A DNA stretch of 63,997 nucleotides, filler included, from Perkinsus olseni (taxonomy: Eukaryota): the NCBI GenBank assembly GCA_013115125.1. It is 18 parts of 18 records of this genome, joined end to end, with 100 filler letters (N's around TTAATTAATTAA, not from the genome) between each part and the next. Parts side by side here need not be neighbours in the genome. Positions count along the whole stretch, not along the records: positions 57,193 to 60,613 come from JABANN010001403.1; positions 60,714 to 63,997 come from JABANN010001428.1; 16 more parts are not named here. One strand, written 5' to 3'. Shown in pieces: positions 60,466 through 63,997 of the stretch. The translations under genes were made by a program, and so were the position numbers. The number at the start of each line of letters is the position of its first letter. Within the stretch, counting starts at the first letter, position 1. The notes beneath the pieces were generated by a model. The model was not told where the DNA came from. It worked only from the letters and a program-made list of their open reading frames with translations, and did no database searches.

Positions 60466-62502
60466 GGTAATACTTGGTGGGGGCGCTCTCGTCAGTGCTG
60501 TCCATGATACTAGTGTGAATTGTCGAGCGTGTGGTACTGTCACGCACCATTCTAATGTCGCAGACAGGGTAGCGTAGGGGTTATCGAATGGAGTTCGGGA
60601 CATAAATGCCCCCNNNNNNNNNNNNNNNNNNNNNNNNNNNNNNNNNNNNNNNNNNNNTTAATTAATTAANNNNNNNNNNNNNNNNNNNNNNNNNNNNNNN
60701 NNNNNNNNNNNNNGAAACTTGGAGGTTATATCCTGGGAAGCATAAGAATAAACCTCCTCGAGTTACAGTTCCGTACTCGTCCAGGTAACAGTGCACGAGT
60801 CGAAAAACCGGATATGCTAAGAATTTGTGGAGGGGTGTATACTGCGAGTAGAACCAATGACTCAAGAAATATTGTAGCAGATCGACGAACCCCACGAGAG
60901 GTGTTCTCTTTGATGCCAGCAAGCATTCCTCCGCGAACTCTCTCTCTCCCGTTCCCACTACTACACCGCCACGATTGCCATGAGCGTGAGGAGAAGATAG
61001 ACCAAGTTCATGTAGCCACCGACGGGCTGCCCAGAACCCTCATTACCTTCTACCAGCTTCCGTGTACCCAACCTACGACACGAGAGAATCATGAGGAAGG
61101 AAATCAACTGGTTATCCCATCCAAACCCCAGGAGATACACACGCCGCTGCGCTCTCTTTGAAGGAGGCAGCGAGTGAGCTTAACTCGGGGATAAAACTTA
61201 GTCTCGCAGAGACTAGTAAAGAGTACTCAGTGCGATGTAACTCCATGTTACATCACAGTGCACCCACGCATCCAACTTCTACACGTGACGTGTACTAAGG
61301 GTAAGAGTTACAGGCGAATCACTCGAGATTACCGAGCATCAAGGTGCTAGATATGACCCTTCAGACCATCAGAATTCGAATTCAAGCTTTACTAGAAACA
61401 CTGTACCCACACATTTTTACAGCGTTGGGTCTATTATGGAAACTATAGGTATTTGACAAATGTTCTCGTTCGACCCACAACTAGAGACTGCAGCTCAAAA
61501 CAGAACCCAGCGGCTTGTACTTTACTATTTCTATGATAAATTCAACAGCCTGGCCTGTGCTGCCTGTCGGCTGATGGTTGAGGCATATGAGGCTTCCTCT
61601 CGTGACTAACTTAATCCGCCATGTCAGAGGTATTCCGTTGCTACTCGAGATGCGGGAATTGTTCCTTCCGTCGTTAGTTCGAGACCTCCCACCTGGCACT
61701 CGGAGTATTCCAATAGATAAGTCCAACGATGCAAGCAAGAAACATACCCAACGTGAGGGCGAATACGGCGTACCTAAACCGTCACTCGCCACGAAATTCC
61801 CTGGCACTCGGACATTGACCCTTCCAATGTGAACGGCTAGTCACCAGGTCCTGTCCTCCCTCAAGAAACTCACCTCGCCACAACCCCATTGCCATTGTAA
61901 TGCTTCAGTCATTCCGTGCGATGACGTCCAAAAACGGTCCCTTGGGGCTTGCACACGGACCCCGTACTATCATCATCATTTCGCGCCGCTCAACCTTCCA
62001 CCATAACAACAGGCCCTCCCCCAGTACTACCTTGCAATAGGGTACTGGAAACGACGCCTGTCCCTTTCTTCTCCTAGCGCTTCCTTCATCAGTATGGATG
62101 ACATCCTTCTGGCCTCGAGGGACCGCTCAGCCTCCTCGTCACGCTCCTGGCGAGTCTGCAGTCTAACAGCACCCCCTTGGGGCACCCGATAGGACCCAGA
62201 CCTTTCACGCATACTAGACACTACAAGAGCCACTCCTGACCACTGGGGAACGCCAACACGCTGTGCCGTTAGAAATACGGTATTTATCGCCTAGTATGGG
62301 ACGAATACAGTTCGGCTTAGTCAATCATAGAGCATTCACGCATCTGCCACCTTCGGGCTCCTCTGAGAAACAACAATATAACAGGCACGTCGGAGTTCTA
62401 TACCATTCTTTCACCAACTCGTCGGATCTTCCAAAACAGTGAGGATAGCGTATCAGGCATTACTAGCGCGGTAGACACCCTACGCTTGTCGAAGACTACG
62501 CA

Positions 62503-63339
62503 TTAGACCGAGAGTACGTTCGCAATGCCTGCCTTCTTGTCATTCTCCTTATCATCATCCTCAACAACGCTTCCCTTCTTCTGCTCCTCTTCAGTGGCCA
62601 CGGGCTCGTCGAGGTCGGGGAGATCGTCCGCATCGCTCTCGTCATCCGAGTCCGGAGGAGCCTCACCACCTTGACCTGCTCCCATCAAATCTCATCGATC
62701 CGCCATCAGCCAGAGCGGCCCTACCCATCTGGCTCATGAAGCTTTCCATGCCCTCCATGTCGAAGGGGTTCCCACCACCAGGCTGGAACGATCGGATACT
62801 CTCAGACAACATCATCATGATGCATTACCTGCTCGGAGTCTTCACCATCATCCCATCGCGACCAGTCAATTTGGATCCACGAGGCCTGAACATCGAAGCT
62901 GACCTTACTTGTATCTTGCTCGCATCGAGCAAAGATTCTTGTTAGACGACTCACCCGGATTTTCTCGCTCGTGAGACGAGGCCACTCATCAGCCTCCTTT
63001 TTCTTTAAACAGAACTCGACGAGTCTTTTCTGGGAGTACCTAAAATTACGAAAATCATCCTCCGCCACCACCCATCCCAGGCACCTACTTGGACTCCTCG
63101 GGAACTATCTCCGCAAAAAATGTAATATCGAAGGCGTACTTATCGCCATGAGAGACGCCAGAAAATTTTAAAGTGGCAGGTTGAAGATCGACCTGAGGAA
63201 GCCGTACACCGAGCTGAAAAGTACCGCAGTAGAATGATACCTTCATGTCCTCTACGCCTGTGAGGTCCACAGTGAGCCAGATGTGCTCATCACGTTGGGC
63301 CCACTTGAGATTAGGTCGAAGTGTGGTAGGAGCGGACAT
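62503..63339 (-). CDS. Hsp90 co-chaperone p23 (Sba1/PTGES3 family), multi-exon
   Basis: PNLKWAQRDEHIWLTV, WPRLT, IDWSRWDD, a G/M-rich linker and the acidic tail DSDDESDADDLPDL. The last exon is uncertain. Confidence 0.93.
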
Positions 63340-63767
63340 TAGATGCTTTTGGAAGAGTTATTAAACTATCTGACCACGCACAGCCATCACCCTTAATGTC
63401 ACAGTAACTACTACGTCGTCGTTGATAGGATTACGGCAGAGCAGACTAAGACGATTCCCACGAAGCGACGCGTCAGCCCAAGAGCAGGGCGCCGTCGGGC
63501 AGGTCCCCGCGTGCCGGGCGAATAACTTTATTAAGCATAACTGCCGTGGGGGGATGGACGACGAATACTATGATTTGGTCGACATCACCAAGGGCTGTGA
63601 ATGATACTACCACAGACACTCCCCCTCGAGTGGCAGACGACCGGACCTAATCAGTACGAGGATAGGTATCTATCGACCTCTCTAGGACACGGTCAAGTCA
63701 TGTAGTATCTAGGTACTTAAGACCATTTGTAATCGTGCCGGACGATTTGAAGGATTAAAATCTTTTT

Positions 63768-63906
63768 CCTAAGGAGAAAGTATATTTTCTAAGGAAGAGA
63801 TCTCGCTCGCCCTCGACATTTTTCTACGCGCGCGTGCCGCACGACGCGCCGGCGTATTTTCGGGCGAGCGAGATTTCTTCCTTAGGAAATATACTTTCTC
63901 CTTAGG
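63768..63906. repeat. 139-bp inverted-repeat element (45-bp arms, 43/45 match)
   Basis: CCTAAGGAGAAAGTATATTTTCTAAGGAAGAGATCTCGCTCGCCC paired with 63862-63906 around a CG-rich spacer. Confidence 0.85.
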
Positions 63907-63997
63907 TTTCTGCATTTCACCCGATCAAAAATCGAGTCACTCCCGGGAATACTCAACATTGGGAAACATGAAACCGGCGAGTATTACCGAGCGACTC

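Noticed and set aside
3523-60713. Regularly spaced TTAATTAATTAA motif every ~3.5 kb, superficially like an array or nanochromosome ends
   Set aside because: It is always embedded in exactly 44+44 N and separates size-sorted contigs, so it is an assembly concatenation linker. ORFs ending in X...LIN or X...N are artefacts of it.
60714-62300. Short ORFs downstream of p23
   Set aside because: No recognisable motifs. A spliced gene is possible but cannot be supported by eye.

Overview
This window is not one locus. It is 18 short contigs (about 3.4-3.5 kb, in descending length order) joined by an artificial 100-nt spacer (44 N + TTAATTAATTAA + 44 N), so gene neighbourhoods across spacers mean nothing. 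The DNA is from an intron-rich eukaryote with roughly 50% GC. Short introns, expanded transporters and lineage-specific secreted proteins suggest a Perkinsus-like alveolate, which is an inference. Recognisable host genes are a DDHD phospholipase, an ALKBH8-like dioxygenase, an AAAP amino-acid transporter, two POT peptide transporters, a GH19 chitinase, a Dcr2-like phosphoesterase, a NUDIX hydrolase, the p23 co-chaperone, tRNA-Ile(UAU) and several secreted proteins. Mobile DNA is abundant: Ty3/Gypsy fragments, a Tc1 relic, a MULE-Ulp1 fusion, a SWIM-MULE, and Harbinger, hAT-like and TA-targeting MITEs. Three signals stand out. (1) A decayed HUH-Rep/SF3-helicase gene that the ORF track barely shows abuts a Tc1 transposase inside a 55-bp direct-repeat bracket. 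(2) A divergent PIF1-like helicase is fused to a GIY-YIG nuclease, with a Cys-cluster partner gene and a GC-rich hairpin nearby. (3) At least 11 single-base-centred palindromic scars recur across the window, two of them at demonstrable breakpoints. All protein calls come from motif recognition by eye; no database searches were run.
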